This document shows positions 12,034 to 25,689 of a stretch of DNA of 64,000 bases, piece after piece; position 1 is the stretch's first letter; the number at the start of each line of letters is the position of its first letter. Location: positions 7,626,001 to 7,690,000 of the forward strand of contig CM068756.1 in NCBI GenBank assembly GCA_035084275.1. The letters are read 5' to 3'. Made by a program: the position numbers and the translations under genes. Origin of the DNA: Hydrolagus colliei. Its lineage: Eukaryota. The notes beneath the pieces were generated by a model, which saw only the letters and a program-made list of their open reading frames with translations, was not told the DNA's origin and did no database searches.

Positions 12034-15000
12034 CTGCTGATGAAGCAGAATATACCATAATGCATGAGATTATAGTGTGGAAAGATTTAAGAAAATAAGA
12101 GAGCATTATTAATATTGACGTACACAAATTAAATATATAATATGGTATGCTTGTATAAAGTGTATTTAAATATTCTCCAACCCAGTCGTAGAACAGAAAT
12201 TAACAGTGTAAATATAAATACCCCTTGCAAATAAAATGTCATAGTCAAGAAAATTATATTTCAATAAAAAATGTTTGCAGATAATTAACAGAAATTTAAG
12301 ATGTGGAGCATTGAAAACATAATGTAGTCAAACATCACTTGTAACAACAAATAGCTATTTGAAGTATTCAAAAAATGCTTTTTAAAAAAAGATTGACTTA
12401 TTCAGTTTGGGTTCAGCTAAATGCTGGATCATCGCCTCTCAAAAAGAAACATTAAATCCTACCAATTTTTAGATTAAGATCAAACAGGATAATATATTGA
12501 AGTTTAATTATTTTTATTGGGAAATTACATTTAGCACATTTTTTTTATTGAAGGAACTGCATTAAACTGAATGCAACCAGTTTGTGATTGTTAAGCAAAT
12601 CAAGAGTTTGTATTCATACAACTGTGTAAGATTCGAACTATCTATGCTACAACCTGTCTTGACATGAAGAATTCTAATTTCCTACATTTTACGTAATTTA
12701 TAATAACCATACAATCAAATGTATTTCAACTCAGTTATGTTACAAGTGCAGTGGATCTCATTTATTAATTCAATATACTAACAATAAAGTTACATTCATA
12801 CAAAATGTTGAAACATATTTACTACAAGCGCAAGTCAGGTTTTACGAAAAACAGTCACACATCAAGCAATCACCAAATTATATTCTGGTAAATATGCACT
12901 AAACATATTTCAGAGGTTATAGAATTTTACAGGATTAAAAAGAAAAAGGCTTGCTGTGTTTTAGAACAATAAGATTCAGCGACTTTCCAACTTGTACATT
13001 GTTATCTGCTTTTGACCTCCTGGAGCTCCGACCTTTATGACCTTCTCGAGCTGTCATTTGTCTGACTTTGACAGCTGATTGTATCAAATGCCAAGAACTC
13101 CATATGTGTGAAAACTTTCAATGGGATTAATTTTCAACAGTGTCAACAAACAATAACTATGCAAGATGTATGGAAGTTTCATCAAATATAAATAAAACTT
13201 ACAAGAACCAATTTAATTCTCCCTCACTGATCACATCAACTGAATGACAAGACCAGACAAATTTTATTTTTAAATTCACTATTACCTTTTCTAAAATTCT
13301 AGTATGCCAATTATAATTAATTGAATTCTGATACTTTTTCGCAATATGCACAGTGTTATCTTGACTAATAGCTTACCTTCTACATCAATACTACAACACC
13401 ACTCACAGCACTAAAAAAAAGCCTGAAATACATCATTGAATTTGTAGAACAGGGCAAATCATTTTCTGTGCTTCCTATCTGCACACTATGCAAAACAATT
13501 GCACAGGGAAAATGTGGTCCCTGAATGTACATCCCACCACTATTAATGTATATAAAGGCAATGGGTGTCTGGGAAGATTTCTTGGAAAGCCTTCTACTTC
13601 CTGGCTCACAAACCATGACATCATTCACTTTATGAAAACAACAGGGCAACACTAGCACACTATGTGGTGGTAAATGTCACACTATGGTCTTCTGGTCTCT
13701 TTCCCTTGTGAAAACAATAACTGTCCGTCCCCCTTTAAGGTATAAAGTATTGACACATCTGGTATTAGTCTGTAGGACCCAGTACATGCACAAATAGGGA
13801 AGATTTTACATTGAGTGTGGACATGGGTGAGTGTGTTTGAGGGATGGTGGGGGGGAGGAGAGATGGAGAGGGGGGGTGGCCTGACAAACCTGAAGCTTCA
13901 TTTGTGGCAAAATTAATCTGTATTGTGTACAAGTTCTGTGCATTCAAAGCCAACAACACTTGAAGAGTTAATTTTTCACTGTTATACTATTTTCCAATGA
14001 TGAAATGGGTAGCACTGTGAACATTGGGGGATATTACAATCTGGTACAACTGGGATCAGCTGTTCTTTTCTACTTTATTAAGAGGTTAGATCATTTAAAT
14101 GAGAACTCTGGCCTATTTAAAAATGACTGGTTTAATTAATTTACTCTCATCTGCAATCTTCTGCTATGCTTCCTGAACAATGTGGTACTGCGGCAATAAT
14201 ATATGCAGTCTAACATTGTATTCTCTTGCTTCATGCAGTGTCTTCTGACGTATAGTGACTGATTCCTGTGTAACAATACTATGTAAAAAGTTGCCATGAT
14301 GTGAGTTGTTATTCAGATAACTAAGTTGCCAGATATATACTCAACCAATAAACTATAGATGTTGATTTGAGTATTTGCTTTGAGACGTCGATAAGATGTG
14401 AAAAGCGCTATATTAATTGCAAAGATCATTATTATTATTATAGGACCTTATTTTGTAAATATAAATATTATATATTTATATTTACAATATAAATATATAA
14501 TATTTATAACATCCCAAGCTGCAAAATGGCTATCAACATATATTGGATATAACATAAAACTATAGCAATTCCTGAATGACATTTGAACGGAGCAGCTATA
14601 TGTATTGGAATAGTTAGGAATCCTTCCCTATAGCCAATTATTAATTTGCATGGATATCCATTGATACCAATTTGTCAACTTGTTTCTCATGTGTTACTTT
14701 GTCAAAAGGCCTTTTGGAAGTACTGTATTGGCAAATAAAAAAGTCTATTAGGTCAGACAAGATTTTAACCTTCTGTATTATAGTGGCTATGAGTTATTAG
14801 GTTACTTTCACACTCTTTCCTTTCCATACTCTTCCATTTGGCTTGCTCATTATGATTAATTTTCCAGTTATTGAGGTCAGGCTGATGTGCTTGAGGTTAT
14901 CAGGAATAGATATATTTCTTTCATGTAGATGTTGCGATTAACCATACAAATGAACATACAAGTACTAACTCTATACTACCAATAAAATCCAAATCTACAC

Positions 15001-15825
15001 ATTAAACAATTTGTTTGGATAATGAGGCATGTCTGTAGTCACTGATACTTGCAGTATTTTGTATAGCAAAGACATGAGTGTCTAGAGTCTAATCATACCA
15101 ATAAAATTACAGCAGAACAAACTGTTAAGTAACGAGTTTGTTTTATCAGCTAAATGAAGCTATTACTGAATTTTCTATTTTCAGCCTTCATTTTGAACAT
15201 CATAATTTCCTAATTTATGTAACCATGGTAATGACATGCAATATGTTTCTGATCACAGCTTGAAAAAATTGGCAATTTTTGAACTCAACAGGAAAAGAAG
15301 ACAAAGTTATAAGTGAAAATCTTGTCAGCTTAAATAAAAATGTACAATATTATCTCAAGTTATAAATTAATGCATTGAACTGCTTCAATTTATATATTTT
15401 TAAAAGTTAACTCTGATTTAATCGGATAATAGAATAAGTCTGGTTCTCCAGCAGTTTGGTTCTAATCAATACTTAAATATATTTCAGGATTTTAATCACT
15501 AACTCAGTACTTTGCCACATATTTAACCAAGCACCCCTTTATTGTGAAAATATTAGCAATGCTTGTTACATTGTAATTTAGCTCTTAATACAGTCAGATT
15601 GTTTTTTCCCCTACAATAAGAGTGAAACTCGACAGTGGGAGATTTATCAACTTAACAAAAAGGCTCTTAGAGGAGACCATCCCGGTTAAATATCACAAGA
15701 TTGGTTTGGATAAAGAAGGCCCTTCACACTGATCTGAACCTTCCGGAATACCCACCACAACAAAAGCTATTCAGTTTGTTTATTTAAATAAATTTATTTA
15801 TTCATTAAATGTTTATTTAAATAAA

Positions 15826-16165
15826 CTATTTAGCACCCTTCATGTTGGAAGGACTTGCCAAGGTGCTGAACAGTTAAGAGTTTGCACCCAAGCAGGTGGT
15901 TCGAATTAAGAGTGGTGGAGGGTGGGGTTTGGGAAGGTGGTTGAAGGCACAGCCAAAGAGGAAGATCTTGAAATGCGCCTTAAACGAGGCAAGGGAGGGG
16001 GCGAGGCAGAGGGATTCTGAGATGGAATTCCAAAGGATGGGGGCAGAAAAGCTGAATACCTAACCACCAATGATGAGATGGGTTAGGAGGGGGACATGGA
16101 GCAAATCAGTGCTTGCCCAGCGGAAGGGAGAGGAACAGGTTAGTGTAGTGTTAATAGGTTGCAGA
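15826..16165 (-). mobile_element. L2 LINE 3' fragment
   Basis: Similar to the 3' part of the 21105-21835 copy (gatggaattccaaaggatgggggcagaaaagctgaa). Confidence 0.8.
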
Positions 16166-16174
16166 GGTGGGAGT

Positions 16175-16345
16175 TGCATGGTCAAGCCGTGGAGTCTTCT
16201 TGACCTGTCATGTTCTGGTGGACGTTAAAGATCCCATGAAACTTATTGAGAAGAGAAGGGTGCTTCCCGTCCGTGCCCTGGCCATCAATCATCCAGATAA
16301 AGTGAATCATTTATTTGATGGCCATCTGCAGAACACTACGCAAAG
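16175..16345 (+). mobile_element. DeuSINE-like fragment
   Basis: ggacgttaaagatcccatg...gaagagaaggg...ccctggcca resembles the Deu central domain. Confidence 0.55.
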
Positions 16346-17769
16346 CATTCGATTGAAATAAGTCACTTGAATAGTTTTCACTGTGAATGTTTGCAGTTTT
16401 ATTCCTTGGGATAACACTAAGAAGAGTATTATTATTTCTTCGCTTTGAACTCATCTACTCTGAAAATAATAATGTGTTTCCGATCAGTATGTATTCAGTA
16501 CTCACTGCTCATTCCAGAGGACGCTACAGCTATCTCTCGTGACAATCTCCTGAACTCTCATTGTTTAAACTGCCTTTCAGAAATTTCTAAACTATCCCAC
16601 CAGCAGAAGGAATTATGAAGGTATAGATATCCCCAAGACAACAACCAGAAATGCATCTACATTCTTACTATTGTTAAAGAAAAACTCCATTATCCTGTGC
16701 AATGAGATAGCAACGGAAAGAAATTTGCAACAACCTTATCATATTTCACCTGAAAGAATTTCTCTTTCCAGTATACCTTAACCAGCCATTCGTCTTATTA
16801 CAGCAACTTGATGCCAACCTTCATTAGAGATACCTACGTGTTCTAGGCAAACTTTCAACTTAAGACTGGAAGATCTCCAAATACTTTCTTTTCACAGAAT
16901 GGCCAATTGTCATTCCTTAAATGCATTGACAAATGCAGCACAGGCACAATATTAATTGGAAAGATCTTTTGTGTCAAAATGTCACTATTGGAGTGTCCCT
17001 ATTGTGTGCATTTGCCGGTTTTATCCACAAGATCTCTGCACTTCTTCTCATTAAATACTGACGTGTCCCTGAGTATGACCCTTGTGACTCCCCTGTGGTA
17101 GTGGTACTAATGAAGGAAGGAGGCAAAATGAGAGCATATAATTTGGGGTATAGGGATGGTGGGACATTCAGCAACACTTTCTAACGGCAGGGCAAGTGTC
17201 CCTGAGATGCATAACAGTACCATGTGTAAGTGAATTGATGAACTGATATTTGCTAAAGTAGAGGTTGTGATATATGTTGCATTATACAAAAGTGTAGTGC
17301 ATCGTACAGTCTCTGTTTCTTCAACTGCAGGCAATCTAATTTCATCTACTGAGTGAAAAATAGTAGATATATAAGCACCACATCCACAATCACATCAGCA
17401 ACAAATTAATGTATGTTTAGTGATAATTTATTGTGGGGCATAAAGCATTGGCATTGAACTTCTCTGTTAATAAATCTCAATATTATGATTTTAGAAAATG
17501 TTCAACAAGGGCAAAATATTTTGAGATGATTTTTTACCAAACTCCATAGCAAAATAATGTCAGCTTCCTGCACCTTTATATTTATAAAATATCCTTCACG
17601 CAGGATAATCCTTGCATTTCATATGGCACCTTATATTGTTGAGACATCTCCAAGTGCTTCACAGGATACGTTATGAAGCATGCATATGTAAAGACCTCAT
17701 CACCCACAAAGACTATGTATATTATGTCTGATTAGGTCTGAGCACATCACAAAGCCAGAGTTAGACACC

Positions 17770-18400
17770 AAGCAAGGAGGATAGTGAAAGTTACCATAGG
17801 CTGATTGAAGACGTAGTTTATTAAAGCAGGATTTAAAAACAGACAGAGAGGAGATGCATGGGGTAGAGGAGAGAGTTCTACAGATTTTGTTTTCAGTCCT
17901 TGGTCACATATTTTCTTTATCTTCACTACATTGCCCACTTCTTCCAATTTCACACCAAATCCTGCTGAAACCTTCATTCATGCCTTTGTTGCTCCCTCGA
18001 CTCAAGGGATGGATTTGTGAAAGCTTCATCACTAATGGTGGTGAAGAGGGAACACTGCAGGCCAAAAGTAGTCAAGCGGAGAGGATGAGCAGAAGAGGAG
18101 GGTAGAAGATCACAGAGATAGAGAGATGAGAGGGCATAAAAGGAATTTATGTGAAGTTGATGCATTTGAATCAAGGAGTTTGTGAGGACTGGTATGGTGA
18201 GTATATGGAAATTTTTATGTGTGGGAATCAGTGGCAGAGTTTTGATCAACCACAACTTATAGGTAGAATGGGGGAGGCAGGCAACGAGCTCAGTTGAGAA
18301 GTTGAGTCAGAAGGCAACAAAGACATAAATGAGGGTTTCAGCAGCGATTAGTGTGAAAGGGGGAGGTGGGCTATTAGGCAGGCAGACTTGACCAGGGATT
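17770..18400 (-). mobile_element. Old L2 fragment with an inverted internal piece
   Basis: Purine-rich degenerate L2 3' region; 17895-18003 is plus-strand L2 (AETFIHAFV). Confidence 0.65.
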
Positions 18401-18619
18401 AAAAAAAAGTGTTCTGAAGAATCATACCCCAAAACAACAATTTTCCCTTTGAAATGCTAATTGACCAGATTGGTATATCTAGTACCTATGTTCTTATATA
18501 ATCCTCCTCCATACCAGCTCCAGAATTTGGATTTTCTCGTTACTTTTCGACAAAATATTATTGCAATTGCAAATAGGAGTTAGATGTGTAATTTTCTACT
18601 TGTTTAGGCACGTACTGCA

Positions 18620-18775
18620 ATTGAGGGTCGGGTAGTGGGAAGGAGAGGGGTAGGGGGAAGGAGAGGGGGAAGAGTTAGTGGGGGAGCCGAAGGCGCGGTC
18701 AAAGGGGAAGGTCTTGAGACCGGCCTTGAAGGAGGAAAGGGAGGAAGCAAGGCGGAGGGGCTGCAGGAGGTGGGT
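18620..18775 (-). mobile_element. L2 3' fragment
   Basis: LRLASSLSSFKAGLKTFPFDRAF, same family as the 21.1-kb copy. Confidence 0.85.
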
Positions 18776-18892
18776 CAGAATACTGTTCTGAGAACTAGGA
18801 GTCAAAACAACCCATTTTGTGGTTGGTTGTCTTATCAATCAGTACTGAGGTGTCCCGTCTCTGGTAAATGCTGGGATCCCAAGTGAACATTT

Positions 18893-19172
18893 AATAATAA
18901 TCCTTGCATTTGATATAGCGCTTTTCACATTTTCTAGACATCTCAAAGCACTTCGCAGAATATACTGTAAAGCAAATTCACTGTATATTTTTTGGGTGAA
19001 ATGCGGCAGCCAATTGCGCACAGCAGTGTCCCACAAACAATCGTGGATTGAAATGAGCAATTTTATTATTGTGCTTTTTTTGGAAGGATTATTATTAGGC
19101 ATGTGGAGTAAGGAAACTTGCCCAAGGTTTCGCCCTGACCTGCCTGGATTCAAATACACATCTCACGCTTGT
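18893..19172 (-). mobile_element. tRNA-derived SINE (5' truncated)
   Basis: Highly similar to 10866-11173. Confidence 0.9.
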
Positions 19173-19749
19173 AGAATATAATAGAATATACTGAAAAGTG
19201 AATTGACCTCATATTTGTGGGTGATTTTTTAAAATCAAAATGAACAAAAATAATATCATTTGGCCATTCAATTGGTAGTTGGTTATGGAACTTTACTGTT
19301 ACAAAAATTGATACTGCTTGAGGGAAACAATTGAGATATTTCTAATTGCTAAAACCCTACATAAATGATTTGTTAAATATTATATTTTCAAATGTCAATC
19401 TACACCACAGATGTAGCCCTTTAATGGAATATTCCAGGATAAGATGCAATGTAAAAAAAATCCAAGTTAACAAAAAGTAAAACTTCTTGATGCCTCCGAT
19501 GGCATAACTACAGTATAGTACATAACTTAAGTCACATGGACCCGGAGGATCCTAGACTCAATTGCTTGTCTATACATTAGTTGTTGATTGATTTCTGCAA
19601 AGACAGCAATGTAGACATTTTGCATCACTTTAAAAGGGAAAGAAAAATCAACCAGGGATCCAATTACAACTGCAGGAACAATATATGTGGATGTGAGATG
19701 AGGACAGATTGAACTTGTCTGGGATGATCCCTCTATGGAGTAGCCTGGT

Positions 19750-20145
19750 TAACAACAACAACAAAATTATATTTGTATAATGCCTTTCACCAAGGCGCTG
19801 GACAGTCATTGTTTCGGATCTGAGCTGGGATTGTAGGATGGAGTTCCAGAGGTTAGGGGCAGTGTGGCTGAAGGCTTGCCTGCCAATGGTGAGATGGGGG
19901 ACAGGCCAGAGCTTGCTGAGCAGAACAGTCGAGCAGGTTCATAGGGGGTTAGGAGGTCGCAGAGGTAGGTTGGGGCGAGGTCATGAAGGGTTTTGAATGT
20001 GAGGACCAAGATCTTGAAATGAATCCTCTGGGTGCTGGGGAGCCAATGGAATCAGGTGAGAATGCAGGAGATGAGGTCACGAAGCTTGGAGCGGTTAGAG
20101 GACACGGGCCGCAGTTCTGGATTATCTACAGCCGATGGAGGGAGG
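19750..20145 (-). mobile_element. L2 3' fragment
   Basis: LVLTFKTLHDLAPTYLCDLLTPY; (CAA)n tail on the plus strand. Confidence 0.88.
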
Positions 20146-21104
20146 AACTAACAGTAACTACTGAGGCTCACATTTGAAGAACTGTCATTTGTTTATGATC
20201 CCTGCAGGTGACCAGCACTCTTAGAACCACACTTTCAACATGAGTTAACACCTCAGGAAAAGAGAGAGAAAAAAATCTTTCCAAGCTGTGCTAGGTTGTC
20301 CCTTCAGATATACTATCTAAATGGTGATCCAAAGCTAGGCGTCAAAACATTTCATCATTCAGCCTTGGCTCACAGTTGTTTTTGTTAAGAACTTTCAATG
20401 GAACAAAGATTTCTGGCAGCTGGGCAATGCAACACTACAATTTAAGTAGCCTCGAGCACCTGAAACACAGTGGCTCAGATTCACATTTCAGTCACCACAT
20501 AACGCATTTGTGAAGGCAATTTTTTTTTACAAACACACCAATCAAGGCAATGAATATCAGTGTGAGGGATATTATACAAATTGTATTCATGTCAAGCACC
20601 CAGTATTAATACAAGTACTGTCAGGTCAAAACAAAACTCTCCAACCATACTGTACCACAATGTATTTTATGGTACAATACTGAAGAATAAGCTTTACTCA
20701 ATTAAAGATTGGTGTTCAAGTCACGACAAGAGATTAGAAATGCATTAATCTCAGTTCACGAGTGGCTAAATTATAAACCAGAATATTTAGGTTGGAATTA
20801 AATAGCAACAACAACAAATTACATTTGTATAGCACCTTTCATTTCATGAGGATGTCCTGCATCCACTCCAATACTTCATAACCACCACTAAATATTTATC
20901 TTTTAATTAATAAATGGAATGGGTGGCCCGCAGAATCCATTCTGACATTTGTATGTAATAAGTGTTTCAGTTTTATTGTCACTAAATATCAAATATAAAC
21001 ATTAGTAAATGTGAGCTGTATGGTTTTCAAAATTGTGGAATTGGTATATTATCAGCAGTTCTGCCAGCAGTGTAAAATCTATGCAGTTTTATTTGTCATC
21101 TAAG

Positions 21105-21835
21105 CAACAACAACAACAACAAATTACATTTATAGAGCGCCTTTCACGTCGGGAGGACGTCCCAAGGCGCTGTACAGGAGGCGTGTGACCCGAGCTGAGA
21201 GGGGAGTGTTTGGGAAGGGGTGAAACACGAAGGGGAGGTAAAAGAGTTCGGGGTGGAACAAAAGGCACGATCGAAGAGGAAAGTCTTCAAACCGGCCTTG
21301 AAAGAGGAAAGGGAAGAAACGAAACGGAGGGATTGAGGGATGGCATTCCATAGGGTGGGAGCGGAGAAACTGAAGGCCCGGCCTCCGATGGTGGGGTGGT
21401 TCGGGCAGGGGGCTTGGAGCAGGCCAAGTTCTGTTGAACGGAGGGTCCGGGTGGGCGTGTAGGGGGAGAGTAGATCGGTTAAATAGGGCGGGGCAAGGCC
21501 GTGTAAGGCCTTGTAGGTGAGGACGAGGATCTTGAACTCGATCCTCTGGAGGATGGGGAGCCAGTGGAGACGGGCGAGGGTGGGGGTTATGTGGTCGCGG
21601 AGGCGGGTGCGTGATAGTACACGGGCTGCAGTGTTTTGGATGACCTGCAGCCTGTGAATGGAAGAACTGGGGAGGCCGACGAAGAGAAAGTTTCCGTAGT
21701 CCAGCCGTGAGGTGATGTTTGCGTGCACGAGTGTTTCGACAGCGTGGGGGGTGAGATAGTTGCGGAGCCTGGCAATGTTGCGCAGGTGGAAATAAGCAGT
21801 GCCGGTCAAGGCGCGGATGTGGGGGAGGAAGGAAA
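21105..21835 (-). mobile_element. Young 5'-truncated L2 LINE with intact ORF2 C-terminus
   Basis: 221-codon ORF AYFHLRNIARLR...SRLDYGN...LQVIQNTAARVL...HITPTLARLHWLPI...GGRAFSFSAPTLWN; CpG-rich; (TTG)n tail. Confidence 0.97.
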
Positions 21836-24800
21836 GTCAACTTAGCATTGACTACGGTTTGGTTAACACATCTGCTGCTCTGCAAGAGTAATGGTGATTG
21901 CTTAGATGTCAAATGAAAGTGCATAGATTTTACACTGCTGGCAGAATCTTTGCCTATTCTTCCTTCTACCTGGTATCTTGGGAAGTCATTGAGCCAAATA
22001 ATCAATACTTTTACTGGTCACACCTCTACCTGTCTTATTCCAGTTACGGTAAATTGTGTTGTGGTACAGATTTTTGAACCTGTCTAACTGGAGCTGATGC
22101 AATATTTCTGAGCTACTAACATTTTGTTGCACAACAGTTAGCTGGTCCTCTCAATAGACTGAAAAACCTAGAAACCTTCACCAAGATACATTGTTGGAAA
22201 GTGTCAAGATTGGCTCAGCTGTATAATTCTTACCATATATAAAAAAAAGGACCACTAAATTACATTCCTTTGCAACGGTTCTTTTTAATACTCTTGCAGA
22301 GCAGCAGATGTGTTAACCAAACCGTAGTCAATGCTAAGTTGACACACTGTACAATATTTGCTCCTAAGGTACACTCTCACAATGGCAACCACTATAACTT
22401 ACTAAATTGAGCAACATAACTCATCTTTTCTTTTGTTTAATTGTCAGTGCGAGTCTATAATACCAACATATGGAGCTTTGTAAAATCTTGCATAGCTTCC
22501 AGTGAAAATCTTGCATAGCTTCCATTATCAACTACAATTCATGTTTTCAATCGGTGGAAAATCTTGAATATGATAAACTAATAAATGGAGATGTAAGATT
22601 AAAGAAATATTGTTTCATACAAGGTACTGAAATTAATCTCAAACTGATACAGACCTTGGACTGGTAACAGCAAATAAAAAGAACCTGGAACAGTTTCTAT
22701 TATTTGTTTAAGACTTGCAGATGATACATTTACACAAATTATTAATATCATCTGAATAATTTCTTTAAATATTTCAGTGGAAACTAAAAAGCTACTGTTG
22801 GAGCAACATTTAGAATTAACAATAGGTCTGTTTCCAGATACACAAATACAACCTTGATAGGTCCACAAATACCAATTTTGAAACTGAAAATCAGCAATAA
22901 GAAGGCATTTACATTAGTTTGCAAAAATCTACTAAAGCAAGACAGTCATTTATCTCACAAGACAATTATTATTTTGGTTCCCTAAAATCAACAGTAAAAA
23001 TAAAGAATTAGTAGAAGCAGCCACTTCCGAGCCATCCAATCAGTTATATGCTCATTCTCTGCTTTTCTCCTTCACCGGAGTCTGATTTGGAGAAAACATG
23101 TCTGCTCCACATCAATCCATTTCCACAGCGCAGTTTCTAGTATGACAGGTCATGGGTATGTACATTTTCATTGTAGCACTTATTATACTTTGGGTCATGG
23201 CAGTCAGATGAACAAGCTGGCAGCGCTGTGACATAGTTCACATTGCTTCCAGCAGTGCAGAAATGCAAAATATGCTGAAGTTCCTTCTCGGACTCTAGTG
23301 CTATCAGTAATTCAGCCCTAGAGATCAACTCCCGCAAACTCTTAAGATGTATTTCAGCATGAACATTTCGTTTAAAGGCACCCAAGAAAACAGAAACAAA
23401 TACATTTTACAGTAATTAACAAGGATTTCCCAGAACCCCTTTTCATCCATTTAATTTGCATTGGCACCTTCTGCTTCCATGCTCATTCAAACACACTTTA
23501 ATTGGATTCTTAAAAATATACAGAAACTTCCATCATTTCCAGTGGGTCTCTCCAGACATTTCCAAAAGGTACACCCAGATTGTTCATAATAAATGTAGCC
23601 AGACATCTAATAATGACCTACTCACTAATGAAAAAGCATTGTTGTTGCTGTAATTAACCACATGAAGATTTAAGTGCAAGGAAATTAGATCTATTTACAC
23701 ACAGTAATCTAGCTGATGAAGCTAAAGAAAGCTATGCGGGGAAACTCTTAATTAACCCTGAAGTGCATGATGTTCTTTTGCAGTGCATTTCTCAGCATAC
23801 AGGAGATTAAAAGAAAACTAACTTTGTTCGTATGTTATTGTTTCATACAGAATTTATATTTTGCTCTACATATTTCAAATTAAATATATTCCATTCTAGA
23901 TCATAAAGTGTTAAATAATTACAAGCCTTGTATCCAATAATTGTTTTACTTAAATTTTCATCCTTGTCTTTGCTCCTGAAAGCTAGGACTGATCTAGGAT
24001 ATAAATGCATGGGTGGGCAGATCCGTTTAATTTTTCTCCTCCGTAATCCACACAATTTAGGATTTGTCCACCTGAACAGGCAAATGGTACTTCAGTTTCA
24101 TGAAGGAAGCACTTCTGGCAATGCAATGTACCCACAACGTTTCTCTGGAGTATCAGCCTTGATTCTCCCAACAGGAGATTTTTAAAACAAGTAAAACTAG
24201 GCACCTATAATGCTATGGTTTCACAAAAAAGTCACAAATTCTGGTAGGGTATATTCCTCTTTGGTCCCTTACACCAGTTTGATCTCGTCAATCCTAATTT
24301 CCCAAACAATGAGGATTTTTTGGTTCTGATCTTGTCAACCCCAATCTTTCTGACTGGTTTCTTATCTGAGTGTCAAAGGGAGTGTTAAATTAAGCAGAGA
24401 TTTGTGAGAAAACAAGGTTAAAAACCACCAAATATAATTAGTCAGAGAAGTTTTCGGGTTAGAATCTGGAGACAAATAGACAAGGAGGAATTGCTGATGA
24501 CAAAATGTCTGGCACTTGAACTTTGTGTATTGGGTCGTGCCTTAACCATATATCGGTAAAACAGATTGAGAATTGAGGTGTAAGACCTGTGCGCTTAACA
24601 CAATAAATTTGAAGTGAGGCAAGTAAAGGAATGAACAGCGTTAACACACTTCCCAGAGGAACCAGATAATACTATTTTCTCTATAAAACTACCACTTTAA
24701 TTTTTTTGTCGGTTTACTTTGTACTTGTTGGACAAATAAAATTGCTTGTTATTGCACCATCATTTTGCTAGTCTCTTCCGAATCTTTCTGACTTGCAGAC

Positions 24801-25689
24801 TGAAGATCTGAGCTCAGTTTAGTCGGAGAATAATGTATACCCTGTTTACCAGTAGAGACATGGAAACCTGATTAAGACATCCATCTCCACATTATAGTGA
24901 ATCAGGTCTGTCAAAAACAAATACCCAATTTCAATACTCTGTGCATGCAAGACTGATGCCAGAAAAATACTATACAATCCCTCGGGGATCGTCAGTCAGT
25001 AAATGCAGAGCAAACTCAGTACACTGTTTGTAGGCAAGTAGCAAATATCTTCAGGCTTTAGTTGTAGGGAAAGAACCACTTGCTGTAGTTACTTGCTGTA
25101 GTTACCTGTATCTTAAAATGATTCACATCATGTGCCACCCAACACTGCCATAACTTCTGCATCAGTTCCCAGTTCAATTGAATACTTCAGAGAACAATAC
25201 TCTTTGTGGCTAATTGAAAACAATTTTTAAAAATCCACTTTTTCTCTTTAGGGAAGCATAAAATGCTTGCTTTGTTTTTGATGAGAGAAGACCTAGTTTA
25301 AACACTGATACCAATTGTTGGTACACTTGAATAAACAACAACTTACATTCACATAGGATCTTTCATGTGGGATAGCGTCTCAGAGCTCTTCTAAACTGAG
25401 TGCTCCCAAGAGAAAATAGCACCTGTTGTAGCAATCATCTCAGCCATCAACTTGAAGCATTGAATGTTCCAGACTCTCCTTTTGAATGCTGCACTGTATT
25501 AACACTTACCCTGGACATGGGTGAAACAGATGCTACAGGCATGAACCAGGGCTATGTTTGTATGGGCTGCTAAAAAAAAAAATGTTTAAACCTCCCTTCC
25601 CCAATGTAAGCTATATCCAAAATTGACAATTATGTAGATAATTAGGTCTATCAGAGTTAAAACTAGTGACCCCTATCATTGTTGACTGG

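Noticed and set aside
13377-13425. Possible small poison exon ending AAG|GTAAGC
   Set aside because: Splice-like motifs alone are common; no other support
21130-22005. 291-aa minus-strand ORF
   Set aside because: Alternative frame of the GC-rich L2 plus flank; the meaningful frame is the 221-aa L2 ORF2 fragment
22482-22524. Short tandem duplications (also about 25078, 33663, 39093)
   Set aside because: Ordinary slippage-type duplications
23137-23385. 82-aa ORF on the ZNF423 strand
   Set aside because: No similarity to ZNF423 and no convincing splice sites; the true exon 2 is at 28248-28307
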